Virus record (IMG/VR): IMGVR_UViG_3300012942_000104
Location: 1-30,695 of that record
DNA: 30,695 nt
Source of the DNA: a virus
Taxonomy: Duplodnaviria > Caudoviricetes
Direction: 5' to 3' (one strand)
The notes below the pieces were generated by a model. That model had not been told where the DNA came from and made no database searches. It saw only the letters and a list, made by a program, of their open reading frames with translations. Made by a program: the position numbers and the translations under genes. Shown one piece after another: positions 18,452-26,330 of the stretch; positions within the stretch are counted from its first letter, which is position 1; every line of letters starts with the position of its first letter.

Positions 18452-19092
18452 CCGCCCTGGATGATCCGCATACCCCAGAGAACCATCCGTTCGGTACTAA
18501 GTACGTCCTCAACCAATGCAACGATCCCAAGTACGTCTACGAGACTACGGTTAAGTTCCAGCCGTTCGAGCCCGGCACCAATGACTTCGATCTGTTGGTT
18601 TACCGCGACGTGACCACAGACATGCTAGCTAGCTGCACCCGTTCCGCTGGCCTGTTCAAGCCCTATGAAGAGCCACTGCGCTGGGAAGCAGGCAAGGCGT
18701 ATCGGTACGATAGATATACCACACTCACTTGTTCTGTGGTGGACATCAATGGTCATGCCATTGTCTACCCTACAGACAATCCATCTTATCCTCGCCTTAG
18801 GAAAGCCGATCAACGCAAGTACTACGATGAGGTATGTGTGTGTGAGATGAGCTATCAGGAAACTGCGGACCGCATCGTCCGCGAGTACGGCGAACAGGCA
18901 GCCCGCGTGCTCGACTGTCCGACCGTCTCTCAGGTCGAGTCGTTCGAACGTGCCGTTCTGCACCGGGCCGCCGAGAAGATCCGGGCGGATATGACCGGCG
19001 ATGCCTGCCGCTTCACCGTGGCAGGTGAATGGGCGTACCGCTGTTACACGGCAGACGAGGCCGCCGACCTGATCGATCCGGAGGTGTCATGA
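18448..19092 (+). CDS. hypothetical protein (possibly two fused genes)
   Basis: 214 aa; GGAGG RBS. Confidence 0.65.
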   Translation: MTALDDPHTPENHPFGTKYVLNQCNDPKYVYETTVKFQPFEPGTNDFDLLVYRDVTTDMLASCTRSAGLFKPYEEPLRWEAGKAYRYDRYTTLTCSVVDINGHAIVYPTDNPSYPRLRKADQRKYYDEVCVCEMSYQETADRIVREYGEQAARVLDCPTVSQVESFERAVLHRAAEKIRADMTGDACRFTVAGEWAYRCYTADEAADLIDPEVS

Positions 19093-19241
19093 AGATACTG
19101 ACGAAGATACTGAACAAGATCCGCAAGCCCCACACCTCAGGACCGGTTGAGGTCCATATCTCAATTGATACCTACATGTCCGAGGCTGCTTACGTGGAAG
19201 CGTTTAAGCGACTGAACCAAGAGCTTAGGAAGCACCGTTGA
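19089..19241 (+). CDS. hypothetical protein (50 aa)
   Basis: GGAGGTG RBS; 4-nt overlaps on both sides. Confidence 0.7.
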   Translation: MKILTKILNKIRKPHTSGPVEVHISIDTYMSEAAYVEAFKRLNQELRKHR

Positions 19242-19924
19242 CTGACATCAAATTCCGGAATGACGTGACAGTTGAGCTGGTGCAGCACTGCGGCTCAGAT
19301 GCAATGATCGCAAATGCAGCGCGTGTCTCCACAGGGGCGGACACTCGCGAGCATACGGATGAGCGGGACAAGGGACTAATCAAGTATCTGATGCGCGAAC
19401 GGCACGGATCGCCATTCGAACACAATCTGTTCACGTTCCGTATCGAAGCGCCACTCTTCGTGTCCAAGGAACACATGCGCCACCGCTCCGGTTGGTCATA
19501 CAACGAGACCTCGGGTCGTTACCGTGAGCTAGAGCCTGTGTTCTATGAGCCTAGCAGTGTACGGCCACTCGTTCAGACAGGAAAGCCGGGGGCTTACACC
19601 TTCACTTCGGGTGACTGGTCTCATAAGTCTGCGGTTCAAGACAGTACTTTTGAGAGCTACGACATCGCTTGGCGTGAATACCAGAACATGCTTCAGTACG
19701 GTGTTGCCAAGGAAGTAGCCCGTACAGTTCTCCCTGTGGGTATATACACCCACTACTATGCGTCATGTAATGCTCGGTCTCTGATGCACTTCCTGGGACT
19801 ACGTACTTCTGAAGACGCACTGCATGAGATCCGACAGGTAGCGCACAAGATGGAAGAGCGTTTCCGAGACGTTATGCCTACCGTATGGAATGCTTGGATA
19901 GAGTCAGACCGGCGTGCACCTTGA
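19238..19924 (+). CDS. thyX: FAD-dependent thymidylate synthase
   Basis: HGSPFEH; ThyX motif RHRSGWSYNETSGRY; KEVARTVLP; NARSLMHFLGLR. Confidence 0.96.
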   Translation: MTDIKFRNDVTVELVQHCGSDAMIANAARVSTGADTREHTDERDKGLIKYLMRERHGSPFEHNLFTFRIEAPLFVSKEHMRHRSGWSYNETSGRYRELEPVFYEPSSVRPLVQTGKPGAYTFTSGDWSHKSAVQDSTFESYDIAWREYQNMLQYGVAKEVARTVLPVGIYTHYYASCNARSLMHFLGLRTSEDALHEIRQVAHKMEERFRDVMPTVWNAWIESDRRAP

Positions 19925-19964
19925 TGTGTCCCAACAGGTCTATGATCGAAGGAGGTGGTTCGGG

Positions 19965-20418
19965 ATGAGTAAGCGTAAGGCTGTCATCTACGATTGAAGT
20001 GGATGGAACTCTGGCGAACGTAGAGGGCGTCCGTCATCACGTCCTGGGCAAGAACCGCCATTACGACCGCTTTCACAGTGAGGCAATTTCCTGCCCGCCA
20101 CATGAGTGGGTAGCTGATCTGGCCCGCCTGACACATCATGCTGGGTACACGAACCTAGTCGTCACCGCGCGAGGGGAAAAGTACAGGAAAGCCACCGGTA
20201 TCTGGTTGGCTCTCCATGACATCCCGCACGATCACCTCATCATGCGTCCGTTCAAGGACATGCGCAAGGACTATCTAGTCAAGGCCGACATGTTTCGATG
20301 CATCAGCCGAGGGTATGACGTTCGTATAGCCGTAGACGATAACCCGAACATCATCGCCCTGTGGCACTCTGTGGGCGTTCCTATTGTGTTTGAGGTTCTA
20401 GGGTGGGCAGAAGGATAA
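19965..20418 (+). pseudogene. HAD-family / polynucleotide kinase 3'-phosphatase-like gene, interrupted in motif I
   Basis: Strong RBS, then MSKRKAVIYD-[TGAA]-VDGTL; motifs VTAR, LIMRP...D...K and AVDDNP are intact. Confidence 0.75.
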
Positions 20419-20621
20419 ACGAGTTCGAGGCATGCTTCCCCGTGATCCAGCTGGAAGACGGGGAACTTCGATGTGGCAATGAGGTGTGTAGTCGGCTACT
20501 GCCTCCCGGAGCACCGTACGGCAACTCAGTAGAGTCTATAGGCGAGTGCTATGGCGGCATACCTATCGAAACCGTCATTCTTGTATGTGTCTACTGTAGT
20601 CTCGGTATTGAACCGGGGTAG
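20403..20621 (+). CDS. small zinc-finger-like protein
   Basis: CxxxxC...CxxC; GAGG RBS before GTG. Confidence 0.6.
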   Translation: MGRRINEFEACFPVIQLEDGELRCGNEVCSRLLPPGAPYGNSVESIGECYGGIPIETVILVCVYCSLGIEPG

Positions 20622-20633
20622 GGGGCCCTGTTT

Positions 20634-20885
20634 ATGAAGGTGAAGACAGCCTATCGGCTACTGTTGGTGTTCTTGGCAACCCTAGTCTTAGTGATTGAGT
20701 GGCCGTTCCTCTCCAAGGAAGAGCGGAACGCACGAAGCCACAAGACAGCTATGCTCAAGGAACATGTGGAAGCCCTTACTCCTGAACAGATCACCCTTAT
20801 TGGTCGAGATCAGTTCCTGAAGCAGCTTCACCGGGCCGCGCTCGGTCGTCCCATAGAAATCCTAGACCCTGAGGACTATTCCTGA
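20634..20885 (+). CDS. hypothetical protein with N-terminal membrane segment
   Basis: Hydrophobic stretch LLLVFLATLVLVIEW. Confidence 0.65.
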   Translation: MKVKTAYRLLLVFLATLVLVIEWPFLSKEERNARSHKTAMLKEHVEALTPEQITLIGRDQFLKQLHRAALGRPIEILDPEDYS

Positions 20886-21154
20886 TGCAGAAGCCCAACC
20901 TGAATCTCAACACCTTCTCAAACGAGCTAGATCTGACCGTTGTAACTGACGGTAACTACACCTACGCCACTATCAGCATTAAGGTAGGACGTGAGCTGCT
21001 GGACATCGGCCAAGGTGAGGCCTTCCGCCACCCGGATGATGAGGTCAACAAGGACTATGCCGCTGATCTCGCTACGCTTCGAGCCTTCGAAACTGCCGCT
21101 AAGCGGTTGCGGGAAGAGATCGGAGAGGCAGAAAACCTCGGGGAGTACTCATGA
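20885..21154 (+). CDS. DUF1876 (Rv2632c-like, dsRBD-fold) protein
   Basis: GQGEAFRHPDD...DLATLRAF resembles the family motif. Confidence 0.65.
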   Translation: MQKPNLNLNTFSNELDLTVVTDGNYTYATISIKVGRELLDIGQGEAFRHPDDEVNKDYAADLATLRAFETAAKRLREEIGEAENLGEYS

Positions 21155-21267
21155 TCTGCTCTGGATGTGCTAACGCGTGCCACAGTGAGTGTCCTGGCGA
21201 CTGCTGCTGCCAACACAGGGTATTGGACGGGAAGGGTGTGCCCAAAAGTGACGACGACAGCGATTGA
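21151..21267 (+). CDS. Cys-rich miniprotein (38 aa)
   Basis: MICSGCANACHSECPGDCCCQHR...; GGGAG RBS; ATGA overlap. Confidence 0.65.
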   Translation: MICSGCANACHSECPGDCCCQHRVLDGKGVPKSDDDSD

Positions 21268-21439
21268 GCACGATACCGGTCTCTGTGTGAACCAGACACC
21301 TAACCACGGCGTAGAAGCTCAGACAACCCCTAAGATCTGGTGCCACTGCGCCTGTTCACAATGTTACGACTCTAGCAAGGCGCAGGAAGGTGACTGGCTG
21401 TGCTCGGGTTGTATCTGTAAGCGATGCGCTTGTAGGTAG
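21248..21439 (+). CDS. Cys-rich miniprotein (63 aa)
   Basis: GTG at 21248; CHCACSQC...CSGCICKRCAC. Confidence 0.6.
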   Translation: MTTTAIEHDTGLCVNQTPNHGVEAQTTPKIWCHCACSQCYDSSKAQEGDWLCSGCICKRCACR

Positions 21440-21441
21440 CC

Positions 21442-21765
21442 ATGAAACGGTGTGGTCAGTTAAACAAACATGAGCCCCATTCATGGACTATGGCTCGCGG
21501 TACACGGTGGTGCGACGGTCGCCCACCCGGTTTTACAACTAAGTACGACAGAGATTTTGAGGAAATCATACGTCAAACTGACCTGAAAGTTGACGTAGAG
21601 AAGATTCAGCAAACTCTGAAGACAAATAAGCCCCACAAGAAACTTGATTTCGCTGAGCGAGTCAAGAATACGCGCAAGCACCAGACCACAGATGTGTGGT
21701 TTATGGTCTTTGTATTCATTATTTTGACTACTTCGATGATTGCCATCGCACTGGTATACCCCTAG
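21442..21765 (+). CDS. hypothetical protein with C-terminal TM helix
   Basis: 107 aa; CxxxxxHxxH...C at the N-terminus; hydrophobic C-terminus. Confidence 0.7.
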   Translation: MKRCGQLNKHEPHSWTMARGTRWCDGRPPGFTTKYDRDFEEIIRQTDLKVDVEKIQQTLKTNKPHKKLDFAERVKNTRKHQTTDVWFMVFVFIILTTSMIAIALVYP

Positions 21766-21878
21766 GGGTCTTATGTTTCTACGAGTATTGACCCTGACCG
21801 GTTTTCCTCTACATATCTATTTTTCGTAGGTGTGTACTGGCTGTGCCACCTGTGGGTGTACCGAAAGGGAAAGCGAGC

Positions 21879-21977
21879 ATGCCAGTACAACGACCAGGGA
21901 CCTTTGAAGAGTGGCGTGTAATAGAGCTGATCACCCAGCATTTCACTGAAAGGACGGCTGATGTTCGGCAAGCCTAA
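21879..21977 (+). CDS. small hypothetical protein (32 aa)
   Basis: MPVQRPGTFEEWRVIELITQHF...; purine-rich RBS; fills the gap. Confidence 0.45.
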   Translation: MPVQRPGTFEEWRVIELITQHFTERTADVRQA

Positions 21978-22386
21978 GTCTCCAGAGACTTTCAAGATCA
22001 CTGTCGGCCCCTACGCCTCCGCAGAAACCGAGTGGGAAGAGCGCTGGTTCTGGGAAGCCAAGGGTTCCCGGGGTACCACGAACTCTTATGGGGTTTTCCC
22101 CCGTGATCTGTATCACTGTACAGACTACGAGTACATCCCACAGGGGCATTGGAAGACTCGGGCAGAGGCTGAGGCTGCCGCAGAGCGGTGGGTCTGGGCT
22201 GTGCAAAAGTTTCAGATGAAGAAGTACATGGCACGGGCCTCCGACAAGGACCGCAAGGCTAGGGATGTTGTCTACGAGATCGACAACACCGCTGCGATCC
22301 GTGGAGCGCTGCTTCAGGAGCAGATCACAGAGCTGGAGGCCGAGAACGACCGGCTCACACACAGGATTGAGGAGCTGCAAAAATGA
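21961..22386 (+). CDS. hypothetical protein with C-terminal coiled coil
   Basis: 141 aa; GAAAGGA RBS. Confidence 0.75.
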   Translation: MFGKPKSPETFKITVGPYASAETEWEERWFWEAKGSRGTTNSYGVFPRDLYHCTDYEYIPQGHWKTRAEAEAAAERWVWAVQKFQMKKYMARASDKDRKARDVVYEIDNTAAIRGALLQEQITELEAENDRLTHRIEELQK

Positions 22387-22721
22387 AGCCCCGCACCCGT
22401 CTGAAGCGCCGCATGCTCCGAGTCTCCCGGCGAAACAAGATCGAGATGGAAACCTACCCTACCGAGAACTACCTTCACAGGGTGGTATTGGTCCGGGAGG
22501 ACTACTTCGTTGACCGCCGAGACACGTACGGCCCCAAGGTTCAGGCCAAAGAGATGCGCGAGTACGTACAGTGGGAAGTCGATCACGGACTGTCACAATG
22601 TTGCGGCAAGGGGCTGGACGAGTACGGCAATCTGATCTTCCCGTATCTCAAGGACCATGCGGAGCCGGATGCCGAGCCGTTTGGTGACCCTCGGTACATC
22701 TCCGTGTTCGATAGGAAGTGA
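22383..22721 (+). CDS. hypothetical protein
   Basis: 112 aa; ATGA overlap; GAGGAG RBS. Confidence 0.7.
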   Translation: MKPRTRLKRRMLRVSRRNKIEMETYPTENYLHRVVLVREDYFVDRRDTYGPKVQAKEMREYVQWEVDHGLSQCCGKGLDEYGNLIFPYLKDHAEPDAEPFGDPRYISVFDRK

Positions 22722-23200
22722 CTCATGGCTTACTGCCGGAAGCCCGAGACCCCCGTGTTCACGTACTCCAAGATGGAGAGCGCATCGGCGGCATAGCCAC
22801 AGCCCTAGTCGGGCTCCCTCCTACTGATAGGAATCTCAGGACTGTGAAGAAGCAAGAGCTGAAAGACCGCATCGCCGATCTAGAGTGGCAAGTCGAGCAT
22901 TGGAAGAAGGCGGCAGCCCGCGTAGAGGGCGTTCGCTCGAAGGAGCGGGCTCACATCGCAGCCCTTGAGCGGCGCATCGCCGAGCTGGAGATCGATGCTC
23001 GCGACTACAAGCGCGAGGCTGACCATCTGCGCGAGCTACAGCAGCCGTTCGAGCCAGACTCGGCAGTGTACGAGCACGATAGCGAGCGCGGCGGGTGGCA
23101 GATAAACGCTGAAGGCATCCGTCAGCTCAGCGAGTACATCGAGGACATCAAGCGCCGGTACAGTGCACCGCCGAGTCCAGATCAGGGGTGGAAGTCATGA
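22718..23200 (+). CDS. hypothetical coiled-coil protein
   Basis: 160 aa; GTGA overlap; start uncertain. Confidence 0.65.
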   Translation: MTHGLLPEARDPRVHVLQDGERIGGIATALVGLPPTDRNLRTVKKQELKDRIADLEWQVEHWKKAAARVEGVRSKERAHIAALERRIAELEIDARDYKREADHLRELQQPFEPDSAVYEHDSERGGWQINAEGIRQLSEYIEDIKRRYSAPPSPDQGWKS

Positions 23201-23481
23201 AGATTGACGAGTGGTACCGCTTCGGCGGCACGGATATCCCCTTCAAGGTGGATGGCCTGTTCCGCACAGTGGACGGGACAGATATCGTCATAGCGTACTT
23301 CCCGGACACAGGGCAGACCACGCCGCTCAAGCTCACCCCACAGCAGGTGGAGGAGCTGGAGACGCTAGAGCTTCCGGAGCCGCGTCCACAGTGTTGCTGC
23401 TGCGACGCCCCAGACCCCTGTGTGCGTCGGTGTTGCTGCCCCACATGCCACAGTGGGGGAAACTGTGTGGAGGAGGAGTAA
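23197..23481 (+). CDS. hypothetical protein with Cys-rich C-terminus
   Basis: ATGA overlap; CCCCDAPDPCVRRCCCPTCHSGGNC. Confidence 0.7.
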   Translation: MKIDEWYRFGGTDIPFKVDGLFRTVDGTDIVIAYFPDTGQTTPLKLTPQQVEELETLELPEPRPQCCCCDAPDPCVRRCCCPTCHSGGNCVEEE

Positions 23482-23687
23482 TGCCTGAGAACTACTACAA
23501 CGACCAGACCCTGAGTCGGTTCATAGACGAGATCATGTTGATCGACGGGGTGACTTACGAGATCTCCTATGACGTTGTGCGGGTCGCCCTGAACAAGGGT
23601 TTCCTCATCCGGGAGCGAGAGCCCCGAGAACTCTGTGGTATCTGTGACCTAGGTACCCCTATGACCTGCTCGTGTCCGGAGGACTGA
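23481..23687 (+). CDS. hypothetical protein (68 aa)
   Basis: GGAGGAG RBS; MPENYY...CGIC...CSC. Confidence 0.7.
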   Translation: MPENYYNDQTLSRFIDEIMLIDGVTYEISYDVVRVALNKGFLIREREPRELCGICDLGTPMTCSCPED

Positions 23688-23908
23688 TGAACAAGCTATA
23701 CAGCGGAGAGTTTGTCAAGCTGGTGGAGGAGTTTATCGGGGAGAAGCTACCTTCTGACACAATTTTCAAGATCGCCGCAGACCCGGGTAGGATTCGGGTC
23801 GAGTACTACGTGACAGACGTGGACGGAAAGCTTATGCTGGAAGGCGGAGGGCCTCTCACAGCCTCCGTGGAGTACCCGTTCTTGGGATGGGCGGTGGAAC
23901 ACCGATGA
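23687..23908 (+). CDS. hypothetical protein (73 aa)
   Basis: GGAGGA RBS; TGATG overlap. Confidence 0.7.
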   Translation: MNKLYSGEFVKLVEEFIGEKLPSDTIFKIAADPGRIRVEYYVTDVDGKLMLEGGGPLTASVEYPFLGWAVEHR

Positions 23909-24045
23909 AGCGCTGCCACGAGTGCAAGCGCCGGATCTGGTTAGGCGGCGTGCAGACGAACGGCCCGGAGTTCGGCAGGCGGTTCTGGCATTTCGAGTGC
24001 TGGCATAAAGCCTTCCTACGAGCGGTCCGGAGGATGATCCGCTGA
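23905..24045 (+). CDS. small basic zinc-finger-like protein (46 aa)
   Basis: MKRCHEC...WHFECW; ATGA overlap; last gene of the operon. Confidence 0.6.
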   Translation: MKRCHECKRRIWLGGVQTNGPEFGRRFWHFECWHKAFLRAVRRMIR

Positions 24046-24054
24046 CCGTCTATG

Positions 24055-24663
24055 TTACTGGTGAGTAGCAAGGTAGCCGATCACCAGGCGCAGACGATCG
24101 GGGTCATCATCCGCAAACGCCATGATCCCGTTGCACCCGTTGCAGGTAAACCCGCGAAACCTCCCGGTGTGGTGCGAGTGCTCAATACACAGCCGTGTAC
24201 GGGTACGATCCGGCCCCGAGCCGCAAATATCACAAAGCCCGCTGTGCCGGATGAACGCGTACTCCACCTCATCCTTGTCCAGCCCAAGCGCTCCGGCACG
24301 AACCCGCACCTGCCGCCGTGTGGAGATCTGCTCGTCCATCTCGGCGCGGACCTGCTGCTGTACTTCTCGGCACTCCTTCTTAAGGGCCGCTTTTTCTTGT
24401 TTCAGGGCGCGCCGTACAGCTAGATCCAGCCGGTTCTGGGCGGATTTCTCGGCGTGGTACCTGGCGCTGTTCGCCCTGCACCGGGCTCGGAACTCTGCAT
24501 CCTGCTTGTTCTTCTGGTACGCCTTGCGATTCCGAACAGCGCAGCAGTCTCGGCACCAGTAGGTTACCTGCCGCGTCAAGCCTTTCTTGGGCTTTTTCAG
24601 GGCGTAGAACGCTTCCGCTGGCTTCCATGAATTACAGTCTGTGCAGTGGTATTGTGTCTTCAT
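24055..24663 (-). CDS. endonuclease VII-like (HNH) endonuclease
   Basis: CDICG...LCIEHSHHTGRFRGFTCNGCN; N-terminal CxxC...CxxC. Confidence 0.85.
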   Translation of the reverse strand: MKTQYHCTDCNSWKPAEAFYALKKPKKGLTRQVTYWCRDCCAVRNRKAYQKNKQDAEFRARCRANSARYHAEKSAQNRLDLAVRRALKQEKAALKKECREVQQQVRAEMDEQISTRRQVRVRAGALGLDKDEVEYAFIRHSGLCDICGSGPDRTRTRLCIEHSHHTGRFRGFTCNGCNGIMAFADDDPDRLRLVIGYLATHQ

Positions 24664-24678
24664 GTGCTAAGTCTAGCA
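24664..24678 (-). promoter_or_regulatory. extended -10 promoter giving a probable leaderless endoVII mRNA
   Basis: TG-C-TAGACT lies 6 nt before the ATG; no RBS. Confidence 0.55.
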
Positions 24679-24749
24679 TGTTTCATTGGGTAGACTTTTC
24701 TGGGTATGGTGGACCATCGCCCGCACAGCAACCCCACCATCACAAAAGT

Positions 24750-25615
24750 TAATCGGAGTTCCTACTAAATCGTTGAGCCCAAAAAGAGTTCCAAGGCGCA
24801 CGCAACGATCGATCATCGATCAGGACCCACAAGGAATGCCAGCACGTGCAACAGTTGAAGGCTCAAAGGTTAGGAACTCTAAGTTTCGCCAGCAAACAGT
24901 TGAAACCTCAAACTGTGGAAGTCAAGAATCTCGACATCAAGCAATCCACAAAAAGAAATATCTAACTCGGAACAATCCACGCGATCAAGGAACTTCTTAA
25001 GGTCAAAAAGATTGAACCACGAACGATGTCACATACATCATTGACATGTATATGATAGACATACCTATACTACCTACCACATACCTATACCACTACACAT
25101 ACCACATCCATCACTACACATAGTAACTAACACAGCATGTAACACACTACACACAGTGATACATACAACACATACAGCCATAACTACACACAGTGATTGA
25201 TACTCTTAATCTAACGACCAATCAGAAACTTGACATATCGACAGCGGACTGATTACGCTAAGTAACAACACATCACTCTCAGTAACTGACTAGAACATGT
25301 TCTATTTCAAACCATCAAACCTATCGTGCAACCTATCGCCCAACCTATCAAGCCATAATCCCAGGTCAGACAAGGTTTCTTGGGCAATCTTGATAGGCTT
25401 GATGGTTTTTCTCTAAAAGTAGATAGGAATAGACAGTACATACACCTCACCGTACATAGAGCTTTCCGTCGCCTCAAACCATCTAACCTATCAAATGATC
25501 ATGGAAAAACCCCGTCTGACCTGGGCAAACGCCGCTTGATAGGTTGGTGATGCCTTCGCCGAAGCATCACAAAGCCGCAGGTCAGACAGGGTGCAAGAGG
25601 CATCACACCTATTCG
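24750..25615. repeat. non-coding repeat-rich region; candidate replication origin
   Basis: AT-rich and G-poor on the plus strand; repeated AACCTATC/GATAGG units in both orientations, plus ACATACCTATAC x2, ACTACACACAGTGAT x2 and AACAGTTGAAnnCTCAAA x2. Confidence 0.65.
25230..25259 (+). promoter_or_regulatory. sigma70/HrdB-type promoter without a downstream plus-strand gene
   Basis: TTGACA-N18-TACGCT. Confidence 0.6.
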
Positions 25616-25979
25616 CGCTACGTCCAGTCGGCGTAGGTCGAACCATCCGCAGCGTCCACCGGCCACAATGGCAGCGCCCGCCGGCACGCTGGGCACTGGG
25701 ATACCAGCTTGCGGGCGAACGGGCTTCTGACGGCCCTTCTGAAGCCTTGTCGACCCATTCCGGTGATCCTGCACCTTGCCTTGCGTAGCCCGGCCGGCGC
25801 GGGTCATCGTCAGCCCACTTATGTCCCTCTGCGCCTTTCTGTGGGGTCACACCGGCCTTGCGTAGGGTGTAGTAGACCGTCTGCAAGTGAATGCCGTAGC
25901 GCTCAGCCAGAGCCTTGCATGACCAGTTCTCGTCTGTCCGCAGTCGCCCATCCCCGGCCGAAATAAACACCAAGATCAA
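25491..25979 (-). CDS. HTH DNA-binding protein (boundaries uncertain, possibly frameshifted)
   Basis: WSCKALAERYGIHLQTVYYTLRKAGV is a clear HTH; the rest has poor coding character and runs into the repeat array. Confidence 0.5.
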   Translation of the reverse strand: MILVFISAGDGRLRTDENWSCKALAERYGIHLQTVYYTLRKAGVTPQKGAEGHKWADDDPRRPGYARQGAGSPEWVDKASEGPSEARSPASWYPSAQRAGGRCHCGRWTLRMVRPTPTGRSANRCDASCTLSDLRLCDASAKASPTYQAAFAQVRRGFSMII

Positions 25980-26036
25980 CTTCTACTCGCCAGGCGAGAC
26001 TCTGTCCGTTTTTAGACAAAGTCTAAACTGAGAGCA

Positions 26037-26081
26037 AATAAAAAAGAGCCCCGCAGCGCCGGCGCCGAAGCGCCACGGGGC
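26037..26081 (-). terminator. intrinsic terminator
   Basis: GCCCCGTGGCGC...GCGCTGCGGGGC followed by TCTTTTTTATTT. Confidence 0.8.
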
Positions 26082-26091
26082 ATTATGGGTT

Positions 26092-26330
26092 CTAGTCGTC
26101 CTGCTGGCTCTTAGCCTTTTCCTCGCGCTCACGGCCTCTTCGTCAGTCAGCTCTCGAAAGCCGTCGTCCGTGCTGTAGCGATCCGGCCCGTTGCACGCGG
26201 TCACAGAGCCGTCATCCAACACCGTGAGCGCATTGCCGTCCTCATCCACCGCAGTCACACGGAATGCGAAATCGGTAGTCGGGGCCGGCCTGAACGACGA
26301 CCACTCGGATCACCACGTCAGCCCCGCTCA
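26092..26330 (-). pseudogene. small hypothetical gene apparently broken by two single-base indels
   Basis: Segments MSGADVVIRVVVVQAGP / TTDFAFRVTAVDEDG...LTDEEA / REREEKAKSQQDD* join across C-runs and end just before the terminator. Confidence 0.45.

Noticed and set aside
19921-19946. TTGATG...TATGAT promoter before the phosphatase
   Set aside because: The spacer is only 14 nt; the -10 alone may be real but a full promoter cannot be supported
24686-25000. 104-aa plus-strand ORF in the AT-rich region
   Set aside because: TTG start without RBS, atypical codon usage, and it overlaps DNA repeat motifs
25291-25304. Palindrome as a LexA SOS box
   Set aside because: The actinobacterial SOS box is GAAC-N4-GTTC; the spacer here is only 2 nt
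25030-25615. Repeats as a CRISPR array
   Set aside because: Repeats are 8-18 bp, irregularly spaced and in both orientations; there are no uniform spacers and no cas genes
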